Positions 23,986 through 33,720 of a stretch of DNA of 64,000 bases are shown in pieces (the stretch's first letter is position 1; each line of letters starts with the position of its first letter). The DNA is taken from positions 6,612 to 70,611 of the forward strand of contig SMYD01000016.1 of assembly GCA_004356015.1 (NCBI GenBank), in the 5' to 3' direction. Origin of the DNA: Acidobacteriota bacterium. Its GTDB lineage: Bacteria > Acidobacteriota > Polarisedimenticolia > SMYD01. Made by a program: the position numbers and the translations under genes. The notes below the pieces were generated by a model. It made no database searches. It worked only from the letters and a program-made list of their open reading frames with translations, and was not told where the DNA came from.

Positions 23986-25575
23986 TCATTGGCCCGTGTT
24001 CGGCGCTATTGACCCGAAGTACGAGTTGGCCGTAAAAAAAAGTGGTTGCAGTCTCCCTCCTGACCACACGGCCACGATTTTTTGGCCCACAGGCACACCG
24101 TCTATCTGGATCCGCACCCGGCCTCCCTCATCGAACCGTAACTGTGCCACAGGTGTCTGGAGGTTCAGTTCGCCAGGTAGGGGAGTCGGGCCGATGAAGC
24201 GGCTGTAAGGTTCATGGGGAACCCGGATCCGGACCTCGGCAGACGTCTGTGTGCGATGAATCGAGCGTTCCGGGGGGCCATCCAGAACATCACTGTCCTT
24301 GGCCGGGTACGAGATGTAGCAGGCGGCCCGGACCTCCACCGGCCGTTCACCGCGCAGGAAAAGGGCGGCGCGGAAATCTCCCGCAACCGAGCCACCCCTG
24401 ATCTGAAAGGGCATATTGGCGACCACGATCTCCTCGGTTCCCGGTCTGCGGCTGAGTTCGGAGAGATCCTCGACGAGGCGATCACTCGCCTCCGCGGCTT
24501 GGTGCCAGTTGCTCCAGTGGATCTGGAGCATGAGCAGCCAGAACACGATCAACACGGTCAAGAAGATCGCTTTGAGACGACCTGGAAGGCTGCGGATCAG
24601 AGATGCCAGGATCAAGGCGGAGGCCGCGGATGGAAGCAGCAGGTAGCGCTCCTGGAGCCCCACCACGGAGGGGCCGACCAGGACCACGAAGGCGAGAGAT
24701 GCGCCAACGACGAGTGGAGAAATGCGTCTGGCGCCGAGAAAAATGAGAAGAATCATCAAGCTGACGATCGCGGTCGCCACGGTTCCCCAGAGTGCTGCCG
24801 ATGCAGTCAGGACCTCAAGGGGTGCTGGAACCAAAGCCGCCGCCGCATAGGCGAGGCCGTTCTTGGCCCAGGTCCATACCGAATCGTGAGTTAACGTCCG
24901 TCCTGCACCTCCCAACGCCCAGAAACGAAGGCAGAAGTGCAACCCGAGCTGAGTCCACAAGATGAGATAGCTGCGCATCCAGGTCCGGAGGGTGAGACCT
25001 CTTGGATATCGGAGCAGCCCCACCAGGGTCAGAAGAGCCGGCAGGGTGAGCGCGGTTTCCTTGGAGAGCAGTGCGGCCTGGAACAAGAGCATGGTGATGA
25101 TGGGCAGGCCTCGGGCTCTGGTCAGCCAACGATCATGGGCCACGGCCGCTCCCAAATAGAAGACGGCGTAAAGCGTATCGCTGCGGGCACTTATCCAGGC
25201 GGTGTTCTCCACGTGGTACGGGTGCAAGGCGTAGAGGACTCCGGCCAGCCCGGCGAGTCGTGCATCGCCCGTGTATCGCCGGACCAGGATCACGACCAGG
25301 GCCCCGGTGGCGGCGATCAGAAGGATGTTCGTCAGGTGAAACAAGAACGGCGTGAGACCGAAGAGAGTGTACTCCAGCCACAGCGTGGCCATGTAGAGCG
25401 GGCGGAAATCACCGTATGGTGTGGTATAGGCCAGGCCCGTGGCAACGGTCTCGATCTGTGCCCAGTCGTCCGATAGGAAGGGGAATCTCAGACCTGGCAG
25501 CGCCACGACCGCAGCGACCAGCGCAGCGACCAGCGGTGCGCGGCGAGGCCACCAGTGTTCGCGTGTGGTGGGCAC
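23986..25575 (-). CDS. Integral-membrane GT-C-fold glycosyltransferase (ArnT/PMT_2-like) with a C-terminal soluble domain
   Basis: 529 aa; about 11 hydrophobic segments; an early periplasmic-loop acidic motif (...RFPFLSDDWAQ...) typical of GT-C enzymes. Last gene of the minus-strand LPS operon. Confidence 0.55.
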   Translation of the reverse strand: MPTTREHWWPRRAPLVAALVAAVVALPGLRFPFLSDDWAQIETVATGLAYTTPYGDFRPLYMATLWLEYTLFGLTPFLFHLTNILLIAATGALVVILVRRYTGDARLAGLAGVLYALHPYHVENTAWISARSDTLYAVFYLGAAVAHDRWLTRARGLPIITMLLFQAALLSKETALTLPALLTLVGLLRYPRGLTLRTWMRSYLILWTQLGLHFCLRFWALGGAGRTLTHDSVWTWAKNGLAYAAAALVPAPLEVLTASAALWGTVATAIVSLMILLIFLGARRISPLVVGASLAFVVLVGPSVVGLQERYLLLPSAASALILASLIRSLPGRLKAIFLTVLIVFWLLMLQIHWSNWHQAAEASDRLVEDLSELSRRPGTEEIVVANMPFQIRGGSVAGDFRAALFLRGERPVEVRAACYISYPAKDSDVLDGPPERSIHRTQTSAEVRIRVPHEPYSRFIGPTPLPGELNLQTPVAQLRFDEGGRVRIQIDGVPVGQKIVAVWSGGRLQPLFFTANSYFGSIAPNTGQ

Positions 25576-25758
25576 GGAGCCGGGGGGCCTCAGATCCCCG
25601 TACTCAGCCGCTGCCGGGTGTCAGGAACCTGCGTCTCGTCATGGTCGGAAAGGATCTTGATCACATCGTCTCCATGGCTGGGACCAGGCGCCGGCCACCA
25701 GCGAGGTGGAGAGCAAGGGGGCGGCTTCAGCGTGTTCGGGAAGTATACGCTATGGCCT

Positions 25759-26244
25759 TCAGCGTCCCGGGAAGCGTTTCAGGAAGTTGCTGCTGTGGTG
25801 ATCCTTGGGGTCGCCGGTGATCACCGTGCGTCCGCCGTACGCGGCCACTGTGTCGCGCTCGGGGACGGTCTCGAGGGTGTAATCGGTGCCCTTGGCGTGA
25901 ATCTCCGGGCGCAGCCGGTTCAGAACGGAGGTGACGGTTTCCTCGTGGAAGAGCACGACGGCATCCACACAGCGCAGTCCGGCCAGGATTTCCGTGCGCT
26001 CATCTTCCGGCACCGCCGGACGTCCTTCACCCTTCAGGCGGCGCACGCCTGCATCGTCGTTGACCGCCACCACGAGGAAATCAGCCAGCGCCCTTGCCTC
26101 GCGTAGATAGCGCAGGTGCCCCACATGCAGCGGGTCGAAGGCGCCGTTGGCGAGCACAATGCTGCCACCGCCTTCGCGCACCCTGGCGACGAGCTCCATG
26201 GCTGCGTCCAGGTTCACAACCGGGGCCGGGGCCGGCGAACTCAC
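25759..26244 (-). CDS. hldC: D-glycero-beta-D-manno-heptose 1-phosphate adenylyltransferase (RfaE domain II as a stand-alone protein)
   Basis: 161 aa; cytidylyltransferase-fold motif ...[22 protein letters not shown]...; 4-nt overlap with the upstream kinase gene. Confidence 0.85.
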   Translation of the reverse strand: MSSPAPAPVVNLDAAMELVARVREGGGSIVLANGAFDPLHVGHLRYLREARALADFLVVAVNDDAGVRRLKGEGRPAVPEDERTEILAGLRCVDAVVLFHEETVTSVLNRLRPEIHAKGTDYTLETVPERDTVAAYGGRTVITGDPKDHHSSNFLKRFPGR

Positions 26245-27257
26245 CGCAAACTCCTGATGGCCCGGCGCAGTTCCTTGCGGCTGATGGTGGCTGTGCCCTG
26301 CTTCATGACCACCAGGCCGCCGGCGAAATTGGCCAGATGCGCGGCTTCATGGGGCCGGGCCCTGGCCGCCAGGGCCAGGGCATAGACGGCCATGACGGTG
26401 TCGCCGGCGCCGGTGACATCCGCCACCTCGTCGGTGCCGTAGACCGGGATGAGCAGCGGCTTGCGGCGCTGGCGCGTGAAGACGGCCATCCCCTTGCTGC
26501 CCCGGGTGATGACCAGCGAAGCGCAGTTCAGGCGCTTGAGCAACTCGGCTCCGGCCGCGGGCAGACGGTCGTCTCCCGGCCGGTCCAGAGAGACGCCCAG
26601 AGCCGCCTGGACCTCCGGCTCGTTGGGTGTGAGCGTGGTGGCGCCACGAAATTTCAGCAGCCGCCAGCGTGAATCGACCGCCACCAGGCGCGGGCGCAGA
26701 TCCCGGGCCAGGCGGCGCACGGCTGCCGGTTCCACGCTGTCATAGCCGTAGTCGCCGACCACCAGACCGGCGCAGTCACGTGCGATCTCAGAGGCAGCCG
26801 CAGCCAGCTTGCGGCGCAGGGAAGGTGGCAGGGTGTGGGGTCTGCCGCGATCGATGCGCACGATCTGCTGGCGGGTTGTATGGAGGCCGGCGCCGGAGAT
26901 CCGGGTCTTGGTGGGAGTGGTCAACTCGGGTCGCACCAGGACAGCGTCGACGTCCATGCCCTGGCGGGCCATGATCTCGAGGAGAGCGTGGCCTGCGGCA
27001 TCGTCGCCCACCACGCCCACGGGCACCGGTGTGGCGTCCAGGGAAGCGATGTTGGCGGCGGTATTGGCGGCGCCGCCGGGGACGCGCTGATCTTCCAGGT
27101 AATCGAGGATGAGGACAGGGGCTTCCCGCGAGATGCGGTTGACCTGTCCCAGAAGAAACTCATCGACGACAAAATCACCCCACACGGCGAGTCGCACCAG
27201 AGGAAAGCGGTCCACGATTTCAAGCAGGCGACGGCGCAGGTCCACGGTTCCACTCAT
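26241..27257 (-). CDS. hldA: D-glycero-beta-D-manno-heptose-7-phosphate kinase (RfaE domain I, stand-alone)
   Basis: 338 aa; ribokinase/PfkB-like ...[13 protein letters not shown]...; C-terminal ...[10 protein letters not shown]... motif. Confidence 0.85.
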   Translation of the reverse strand: MSGTVDLRRRLLEIVDRFPLVRLAVWGDFVVDEFLLGQVNRISREAPVLILDYLEDQRVPGGAANTAANIASLDATPVPVGVVGDDAAGHALLEIMARQGMDVDAVLVRPELTTPTKTRISGAGLHTTRQQIVRIDRGRPHTLPPSLRRKLAAAASEIARDCAGLVVGDYGYDSVEPAAVRRLARDLRPRLVAVDSRWRLLKFRGATTLTPNEPEVQAALGVSLDRPGDDRLPAAGAELLKRLNCASLVITRGSKGMAVFTRQRRKPLLIPVYGTDEVADVTGAGDTVMAVYALALAARARPHEAAHLANFAGGLVVMKQGTATISRKELRRAIRSLR

Positions 27258-27853
27258 GGGCGTTCTCCTGTGGCACGCCGCGGGTCGTCCACCTCCAGGA
27301 CCCAGGTGACGGCATCCAGAAGATCCTCGGCCACATGGTCCGGTGTTGTGGTCCAGTCCTGGCGCTGGTGTTCCTCCTCGCCACGGCCGTAGCCGGTGCG
27401 GACGAGGATCCCCCGGGCTCCCAGATTGCGCCCCATCTGAACGTCCGAGATCTTATCGCCCACCATGATGCTGGCGGCCATGTCAATCTCGAGGTCGCGG
27501 GCGGCGGCGAGAAGCATGCCCGGGCGAGGTTTTCTGCAATCGCAATCGGAGCGGTAGGGAGGCTCGCCGGCACTGGGATGGTGAGGGCAGTAATAGATGC
27601 CGTCCAGACGGGTTTCCCGGGCTGCCAGCAGTTGGGCCAGCCTCTGGTGGACATCCGCGATCAGCGATTCGGGAAAATAGCCACGGGCGACGCCGGCCTG
27701 ATTGGTGACCAGCACGCAGATGTAACCTCCTGCTCGCGCCATGCGGATGGCCTGGGCGGAACGAGGCAGCAGTTCCAGGCGGCTGGTGTGGTTGACGTAG
27801 CCGACTTCGCGGGTGACGGTTCCGTCGCGGTCCAGGAAGAATGCGGGTCTCAA
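27254..27853 (-). CDS. gmhB: D-glycero-D-manno-heptose 1,7-bisphosphate phosphatase (HAD family)
   Basis: 199 aa; N-terminal FLDRDGTV (DxD HAD motif); zinc site CPHH...CDCRKP; MVGDKISD. Confidence 0.88.
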   Translation of the reverse strand: MRPAFFLDRDGTVTREVGYVNHTSRLELLPRSAQAIRMARAGGYICVLVTNQAGVARGYFPESLIADVHQRLAQLLAARETRLDGIYYCPHHPSAGEPPYRSDCDCRKPRPGMLLAAARDLEIDMAASIMVGDKISDVQMGRNLGARGILVRTGYGRGEEEHQRQDWTTTPDHVAEDLLDAVTWVLEVDDPRRATGERP

Positions 27854-27867
27854 TTGGCCTCCATGGG

Positions 27868-28773
27868 TTACGAAGTCTCACCTGGTCTCGAAGCCTCACC
27901 GGGAGGACGGGAGCGCCAGCGGTTGTGCATCCATAACCAGAGGTCGGGCCGCTGGCGCACCTTCTCTTCAATAATACTCGTCACACGGGCGGTCAGGGCA
28001 TGAATATCGGCGCGGCCACGGCCCCTGGGCAGGTTCTCCAGCGGGGGGTCGTAGATGATGCGATGCCTGCCATTTTCCGGGTAGTCGAACACCGGCACCA
28101 GCGGCACACCTGTCTTGAGAGCAAGGACCGCCAGGGCCGGCGTCGTGGAAGCCTGTCGTCCGAAGAACGGGACGAAGATCCCGTGGTCGCCACCCACATT
28201 CTGATCGATGACCAGGCCCACGGTGCGTCCTTCCCGGAGGCTGCGCAGCATGGGCCGGGCCGATTTGTACTTTGAGATGTCCCGGTTCCCGGTGAGAGTT
28301 CGGGTCATGTTCAGGTGGCGTGCCAGGTGGACGTCGGCGGGTGGGCGTCCCACCACGTCCATGTGAATGCCGCGGGCGCCCTGGGCAAGGGCGATCATCT
28401 CCCAGTTGCCGAAATGCCCGGTGAAGACGATGGCACCGCGGCCCGCCTGCACCGCCCCCTCAAGGTGTTCCCAGCCCTCTATCTGCACGTAGCGACCCAT
28501 CCCCTGGCGGACCATCTTCGGCAGCATGAGGGTCTCCACCAGGGTTTGACCGAACATGTGGAAGACCTGCCGCATGATCTGATGGCGCTGCGCAGAAGTC
28601 AGATTCTCTCCCAGGGCCAGTTCCAGGTTGGAGAGGACACGGCGCCTGCGGGAGCGAACCACCATGGACATGATGTCACCCATGCGGCGGCCTGCTGCCA
28701 GGGACCAGTCATGGGGGCACCTCTGGGCCACGGCCGCGAGGGCCTCCATCATGATCGCAGGCGCCGACTTCAT
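27868..28773 (-). CDS. lpxL: Lipid A biosynthesis (Kdo2-lipid IVA) late acyltransferase, LpxL/HtrB family
   Basis: 301 aa; HX4D/E acyltransferase motif ...FTGHFGNWEM...; similar throughout to LpxL/LpxM. Confidence 0.8.
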   Translation of the reverse strand: MKSAPAIMMEALAAVAQRCPHDWSLAAGRRMGDIMSMVVRSRRRRVLSNLELALGENLTSAQRHQIMRQVFHMFGQTLVETLMLPKMVRQGMGRYVQIEGWEHLEGAVQAGRGAIVFTGHFGNWEMIALAQGARGIHMDVVGRPPADVHLARHLNMTRTLTGNRDISKYKSARPMLRSLREGRTVGLVIDQNVGGDHGIFVPFFGRQASTTPALAVLALKTGVPLVPVFDYPENGRHRIIYDPPLENLPRGRGRADIHALTARVTSIIEEKVRQRPDLWLWMHNRWRSRPPGEASRPGETS

Positions 28774-29894
28774 CGGCTTGCCTGGGCAGAACGAGAACCC
28801 GGCGGGGGAGGGCCGGGGGAGGGAAGCGCCAGGATCTGCTCCACCAGGCTGTCCATCCGGTCCAAGGTCATCTCGATCTCCAGGACGGCCAGGTGGGGGT
28901 GAGGCGCGGCCGGGTCCATGCGGACGGCATCCTTGGCCGTGGTGATCACCAGACGCGCACCTGCCTGCAGGCCGGCGTCCACCAGCCCCTGAATCTCCCC
29001 GGGCCGGAACGGGTGGTGATCTGCCAGTGGCGTGAACATGACCACGCGAGCGCCGAGGCTGGTCAGTGTATCCCGCAGGGCGTCGGGCCGGGCCAGGCCG
29101 GCGAAGCCGGCCACGGGCATCCCTTTCAACTCGGCCAGAGAGGGCGGTGCGGGGCCGGGTGAAACCAGGCGCAGGCCGGTGGCCCGGTGCCGGGCCCGGT
29201 AGATGGTGACGCCGGGGGCCACGCGTTCCAGGGTCGCCGCCGCTCGCTCGTACAGAAGGTCGCCATGGGCGCGGGTGAGGATCAGGGCGTGGGCGCGGCG
29301 CAGAGCCAGGGGAGGCTCCCGCAGCAGGCCGGCCGGCAGAAAACGGCCTCCGCCCAGCGGGGCGGTTGCATCAAGGGCAACCAGGTCCAGATCCCGGTGG
29401 AGGGCGCGATGTTGAAACCCATCATCCAGAAGCACCAGGTCGGCCCCGCAGGTGGTGATGGCCTGCATGCCGCCGTGATAGCGCTGCGCGCTCACCACCA
29501 CCGGCACGTCGGCAAGGATTGTGGCCAGGAGCAGTGCTTCATCGCCGGCCTGGTCCACGTCGGCGAGAAGGTGTCCCGGTTTCCCCCTGGACACCAGAAG
29601 GGCCGGGCCTCCCGGGCGGCGCGCATTCCGGCCACCATATCCGCGCAGGACCACGGCCGGCCGCCGGCCGCGTGCTGCCAGCCTGCGAGCCAGGGCTGCC
29701 ACCAGCGGCGTCTTCCCGGTGCCGCCCACGGTCAGGTTGCCCACCGAGACCACCGGCACCGGCAAGTGCCTGATGGCGAGCAGCCCCCGGTCATAAGCGC
29801 TGTTGCGCAGGCGCACGACGCCACCGAACAGCCATCCCAGGGGTGCCAGCACGGGCTGACCCCTGAATCCAGTTGCGGCTGGTGCGGCCATCAT
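28770..29894 (-). CDS. lpxK: Tetraacyldisaccharide 4'-kinase
   Basis: 374 aa; P-loop ...VVSVGNLTVGGTGKTP... is diagnostic for LpxK; 4-nt overlaps with waaA and lpxL. Confidence 0.88.
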   Translation of the reverse strand: MMAAPAATGFRGQPVLAPLGWLFGGVVRLRNSAYDRGLLAIRHLPVPVVSVGNLTVGGTGKTPLVAALARRLAARGRRPAVVLRGYGGRNARRPGGPALLVSRGKPGHLLADVDQAGDEALLLATILADVPVVVSAQRYHGGMQAITTCGADLVLLDDGFQHRALHRDLDLVALDATAPLGGGRFLPAGLLREPPLALRRAHALILTRAHGDLLYERAAATLERVAPGVTIYRARHRATGLRLVSPGPAPPSLAELKGMPVAGFAGLARPDALRDTLTSLGARVVMFTPLADHHPFRPGEIQGLVDAGLQAGARLVITTAKDAVRMDPAAPHPHLAVLEIEMTLDRMDSLVEQILALPSPGPPPPGSRSAQASR

Positions 29895-31183
29895 CTCGGG
29901 CCAGTCGGGGGCAGAAGGGCCGTCAGGGCCTGTACCGTGCGCTCCAGGGCGCCACGCTGTTGATCCAGAAGGCGTTTCCCCGCGCGACCCCGGGCTGTCG
30001 CCTGCGCGCTGTCGCCCAGGAGTGTGGCCATCATTTGAGCTGCCTCGACGGCGTCGGCGGCGGCGAGAAGGGCTCCCTCCTTCTCCAGGCCGGCGGTGAC
30101 TTCCCGGACGTTCGCGCGCTTGGGCCCGCTGATCTGAGGCACACCGGCTGCCGCGGCTTCCAGCGGGTTGTGTCCGCCCACCGGGACCAGGGTCCCGCCC
30201 AGCAGGGCCACATGCGCAACCGCGTAGAGGCCGGCCAGCTCACCGTGGGTGTCCAGCAGCACGACCTGCATGGCACCTGCCGTGGGCGGCTTGTGGCCCA
30301 GACGGCTACGCCGGCACCAGGGAACACCCTCCTTCTCCAGAAGGCGCGCCACCTCGCCGACCCGGTCCAGATGGCGCGGCGCCAGGACCACGGTGCAGGG
30401 AGTGCCGGCGGCAGCCGCGAGGCGACCGGCTTCAAGCGCCGCGTCTTCTTCACCGGCGTGGGTTGAGCCGGCCACCAGGACGCGCCGTCCGCTCAGCCAG
30501 GGGTGCCACTCAGCGGCCACGGCCGCCGCCTGTGGCGCCGGGCAGTCCATTTTCAGATCGCCGGTGACCTGGATCCGGGCGGCGGGGACCCCCAGCTCGC
30601 CGAATCTCCTCGCGTCTTCCGGAGTGCGGGCACAGACCAGGTGGACCGCTCCGAGAGCATGTCCCATGAGACCGGGAAAACGCCGGTAGCGCCGGAGGCT
30701 GCGGTCGCTGATGCGCCCATTGACCAGGGCGATGGGAACGGTGCGGCGCCACAAACTGTGGAACAGGTTGGGCCAGATCTCGGTCTCCACGGCCACGAAC
30801 AGGGCCGGCTGCAGCCGGCGCACCACACGCGCGACCACCGGGGGGAGATCCAGGGGGAAGGTGAAGGCGGCGCCCGTGGCGGGGGGAGCCGCCAGGAGCA
30901 GGCTCCGGGCGGTTGTTGTGGTGACGGAGATACTCACGGGCGTGGCCACCTGCCCGTGGCCCTCCAGGCAGCGGGCCAGAAGGCCGGCAATCTGGAGTTC
31001 TCCGACGGATGCGGCCTGAATCCAGATGCCCCCGCGCCCTCTCTCCATGACGACCTCCGTGGGGAGGCCAAGCCGCTCGGCCACCACCCGCCAGCCCCGG
31101 GGGTGGCGCACCAAGCTCCCAGCGGCGTAGAAAGGAGTCCCCGCCAGTGCGAGCCACGTCAGGGTTTTGTAGAGGAAGTACAT
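29891..31183 (-). CDS. waaA: 3-deoxy-D-manno-octulosonic acid (Kdo) transferase
   Basis: 430 aa; N-terminal ...IWIQAASVGE... motif characteristic of KdtA/WaaA; GT-B fold. First gene of the minus-strand operon. Confidence 0.88.
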   Translation of the reverse strand: MYFLYKTLTWLALAGTPFYAAGSLVRHPRGWRVVAERLGLPTEVVMERGRGGIWIQAASVGELQIAGLLARCLEGHGQVATPVSISVTTTTARSLLLAAPPATGAAFTFPLDLPPVVARVVRRLQPALFVAVETEIWPNLFHSLWRRTVPIALVNGRISDRSLRRYRRFPGLMGHALGAVHLVCARTPEDARRFGELGVPAARIQVTGDLKMDCPAPQAAAVAAEWHPWLSGRRVLVAGSTHAGEEDAALEAGRLAAAAGTPCTVVLAPRHLDRVGEVARLLEKEGVPWCRRSRLGHKPPTAGAMQVVLLDTHGELAGLYAVAHVALLGGTLVPVGGHNPLEAAAAGVPQISGPKRANVREVTAGLEKEGALLAAADAVEAAQMMATLLGDSAQATARGRAGKRLLDQQRGALERTVQALTALLPPTGPR

Positions 31184-31242
31184 GAATTACCAATAACTTA
31201 GGCGCTGAATTCTAGGACGCGGCCGCACCGGCGTCAATTTCC

Positions 31243-32451
31243 ATGGCGCTGGCGGGGTTTGGGGGTGGGACCTATCTTTCAGGAGGTGGCCCTGTCTCCC
31301 GGGGCCGAGATGTCATCCGGGGCGAACCCATGGCAGGACGTATCTTTGATGACCGGATTCCGCAGGATCTGCAACGGTTCATCCTGTGTGTCCACCGGGA
31401 TCGATCCATGCTGGACGACCTGCGGGTCAACCTGGAAAACATTGTTCCGCAGGAGTATCGCGTCCTGCCGGTTGATTCACCCACCCGGGGCCTGGAGGTC
31501 ATTCATGATCTGGAAGGCCAGGGAGACCAGGTGGATATCGTCATCTCGGACATGGGGACACCTGATTTCCCCGGTTATCGTTTCCTGGAGATTGTCAATC
31601 ATCGCTTTCCCCAGGTGCGCAAGGTTCTCCTGACCAGCGGCGGCGAAGACGATGCCGCCGTCTACAGTATCAACACCTCGGACCTGGACAGGTGCCTGCG
31701 GGAACCGGTGAGCCAGGAAGACTTCCGGCTCACCATTCTGTCCCTGCTTCGCCTGTGCCGCCTGCGGGCCGATAACGAAGACCTCCTGGCGGTTGTTCGC
31801 GGTCGTAACCTGCAGCTTCAGGAGATGCTCGAGTCCCTGAGTCAAGCCCATACCGAGATCGAGCAGTCCTACCTTCAGACCATACAGGCCCTGGCCCAGG
31901 CCCTGGACGCCAAGGACTCCTATACCGCCGGCCACTCGCGCCGTGTCAGCCGGTTCGCCTACCTGCTGGCCCGGCGCATGGGTCTGTCACGGGAAAAGTG
32001 CGAGGACGTTCGTGACGGCGCCCTGATGCATGATATCGGCAAGATAGGCGTCCCGGAGCAGGTCCTCCTCAAGCCCGGGCGGATGACGGAAGACGAGATC
32101 AAGCTGATGCAGATGCACCCGGTGATCGGCGCCCAGATCCTGGTTCCGGTGAAGCCCCTGCGGCGCTATATTCCGGCGGTCAAGCACCATCATGAACGCT
32201 GGGATGGGAAGGGCTATCCTGACGGCCTGAAGGCGGAAGAGATTCCGGTGGAAGCCCGCATTACTCTCATTGCCGATACCTTCGACGCCATCACCTCGGA
32301 TCGGCCGTACCGGAGCGCCAGACCGCTGGATCTGGCCGTCGAGCAGTTCACCAAGTTTTCCGGTACGCAGTTCGACCCCGAGTGTGTCCGGGTTTTCCTC
32401 GAGATCCTCACAGAAGACCCCCCCGGTCTGTCCTGTAAGGTCGAGGCCTGA
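31243..32451 (+). CDS. Response-regulator-like protein: receiver (REC) domain fused to an HD-GYP phosphodiesterase domain (RpfG-like)
   Basis: REC-like region with phospho-acceptor context ...VDIVISDMGTPDF... but a degenerate acidic pocket (CVHRD). HD-GYP domain with HDIGK...HHERWDGKGYPDGL. Start uncertain: ATG 31243 or ATG 31330. Confidence 0.8.
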   Translation: MALAGFGGGTYLSGGGPVSRGRDVIRGEPMAGRIFDDRIPQDLQRFILCVHRDRSMLDDLRVNLENIVPQEYRVLPVDSPTRGLEVIHDLEGQGDQVDIVISDMGTPDFPGYRFLEIVNHRFPQVRKVLLTSGGEDDAAVYSINTSDLDRCLREPVSQEDFRLTILSLLRLCRLRADNEDLLAVVRGRNLQLQEMLESLSQAHTEIEQSYLQTIQALAQALDAKDSYTAGHSRRVSRFAYLLARRMGLSREKCEDVRDGALMHDIGKIGVPEQVLLKPGRMTEDEIKLMQMHPVIGAQILVPVKPLRRYIPAVKHHHERWDGKGYPDGLKAEEIPVEARITLIADTFDAITSDRPYRSARPLDLAVEQFTKFSGTQFDPECVRVFLEILTEDPPGLSCKVEA

Positions 32452-32454
32452 TTC

Positions 32455-33555
32455 TCAGGCTTGTCCACCGGACGGCACACTGGCGAAGAACTCGGTCAGC
32501 AGGGCCCCCAGACGATGGATCTCGATGAGAAACGTGTCGTGGCCGTAGATGGTCTCGAATTCGGCGTAGCGAACAGGACGTCCTGCCCGGCGCAGGATCT
32601 CCACAACCTCCCGTTGCTGAGAGAGGGGAAAGAGCAGGTCGGAGGTGAACCCCACCACGAGGGAGGGAGACTTGATGCGCGCCACCCCTTCCTCGTAGCT
32701 TGCAGCGCCTCGCCCCAGGTCGAAAAAATCCATGCTGCGGGCGATGGTCAGATAGGAATTGGCATCGAACAGAGTGCCGAATTTGGCGGCGTTGTGATTC
32801 ATGTAGGATTCCACCGCGAAACACCCTGCCGCCTCGTCCCAGTCCCGGCCGAAACGCGGGTCGAACTCCTCGGCGGATCTATAGGAGAGAATGCCGATGG
32901 CCCGGGCGTGGTTGAGTCCAGCCACGGGGCCGTGACCCGGTTCGTACCGCCCGTCCTGGAAGGCCGGGTCCGCGGTGACCGCCCTTCGCTGCACGGCGCG
33001 CCAGGCGATGGAGAATGCATAGGAACGCCCGGGGGCGGCGATAGCGCAGATGGACTGTGCGCGTCCGGGTTCCTGGGCCCCCCACTGGAAGGCCAGCATC
33101 CCGCCCAGGGACGCCCCTATCACCGTGAAAGCCCGCTCCACGCCCAGGTGGTCAAGAACCTGGGTCTGAGCCTGGACCATGTCTTCCACATGGATGACGG
33201 GGAAATCCGCGCCGTATGGAGAGCCGCTGGCAGGATTGACGGAAGTGGGCCCGGTAGAGCCGAAACATCCCCCCAGGACATTGGTGCAGACGACGAAGTA
33301 GCGATTTGTGTCGATGGGGTGTCCGGGGCCGACCATGGCTTCCCACCAGCCTGGCTCATCGCCAGGCGCATGCCGGGCCGCATGGGACGTTGCCGACAGC
33401 CCCGTGGTGATCAAGATCAGATTGTCACGGGCAGGAGAGAGCTCGCCCCAGGTCTCGTAGGCGATGGTGACTTCAGGAAGGCTGCCGCCGGCCAGCAAGC
33501 TGAACGGCTCCCGTCCTGAGGTGATCGTCACGGTCCTGAGGTTGTCGGCTTCCAT
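32455..33555 (-). CDS. metX: Homoserine O-acetyltransferase
   Basis: 366 aa alpha/beta hydrolase; nucleophile elbow GASLGG; overall MetX architecture (...VVCTNVLGGCFGSTGP...). Confidence 0.9.
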   Translation of the reverse strand: MEADNLRTVTITSGREPFSLLAGGSLPEVTIAYETWGELSPARDNLILITTGLSATSHAARHAPGDEPGWWEAMVGPGHPIDTNRYFVVCTNVLGGCFGSTGPTSVNPASGSPYGADFPVIHVEDMVQAQTQVLDHLGVERAFTVIGASLGGMLAFQWGAQEPGRAQSICAIAAPGRSYAFSIAWRAVQRRAVTADPAFQDGRYEPGHGPVAGLNHARAIGILSYRSAEEFDPRFGRDWDEAAGCFAVESYMNHNAAKFGTLFDANSYLTIARSMDFFDLGRGAASYEEGVARIKSPSLVVGFTSDLLFPLSQQREVVEILRRAGRPVRYAEFETIYGHDTFLIEIHRLGALLTEFFASVPSGGQA

Positions 33556-33720
33556 GGCTCAATTTCGTGCGCGGGCAGTTTACCACCGCACCCGGCCCAG
33601 GTGGCCCCTCCAGGATGCAGATCCCTTTCACTTTCAAGGCCTTGAGGGTGATTGCCGCGCCCTGTGCCGGAACCTAGATTGAGACCAGGGGCGGCGGCGC
33701 CGTCCTCACCTGGATAATTC

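Noticed and set aside
33556-33720. Possible SAM riboswitch in the metX 5' region (SAM-I or SAM-II frequently precede metX)
   Set aside because: The reverse complement of the 165-nt leader lacks the SAM-I core (AUCAAGAG...GGUGCCAA...AGAUGA) and no SAM-II-like pseudoknot motif was recognised by eye. It could still be checked with Rfam models.
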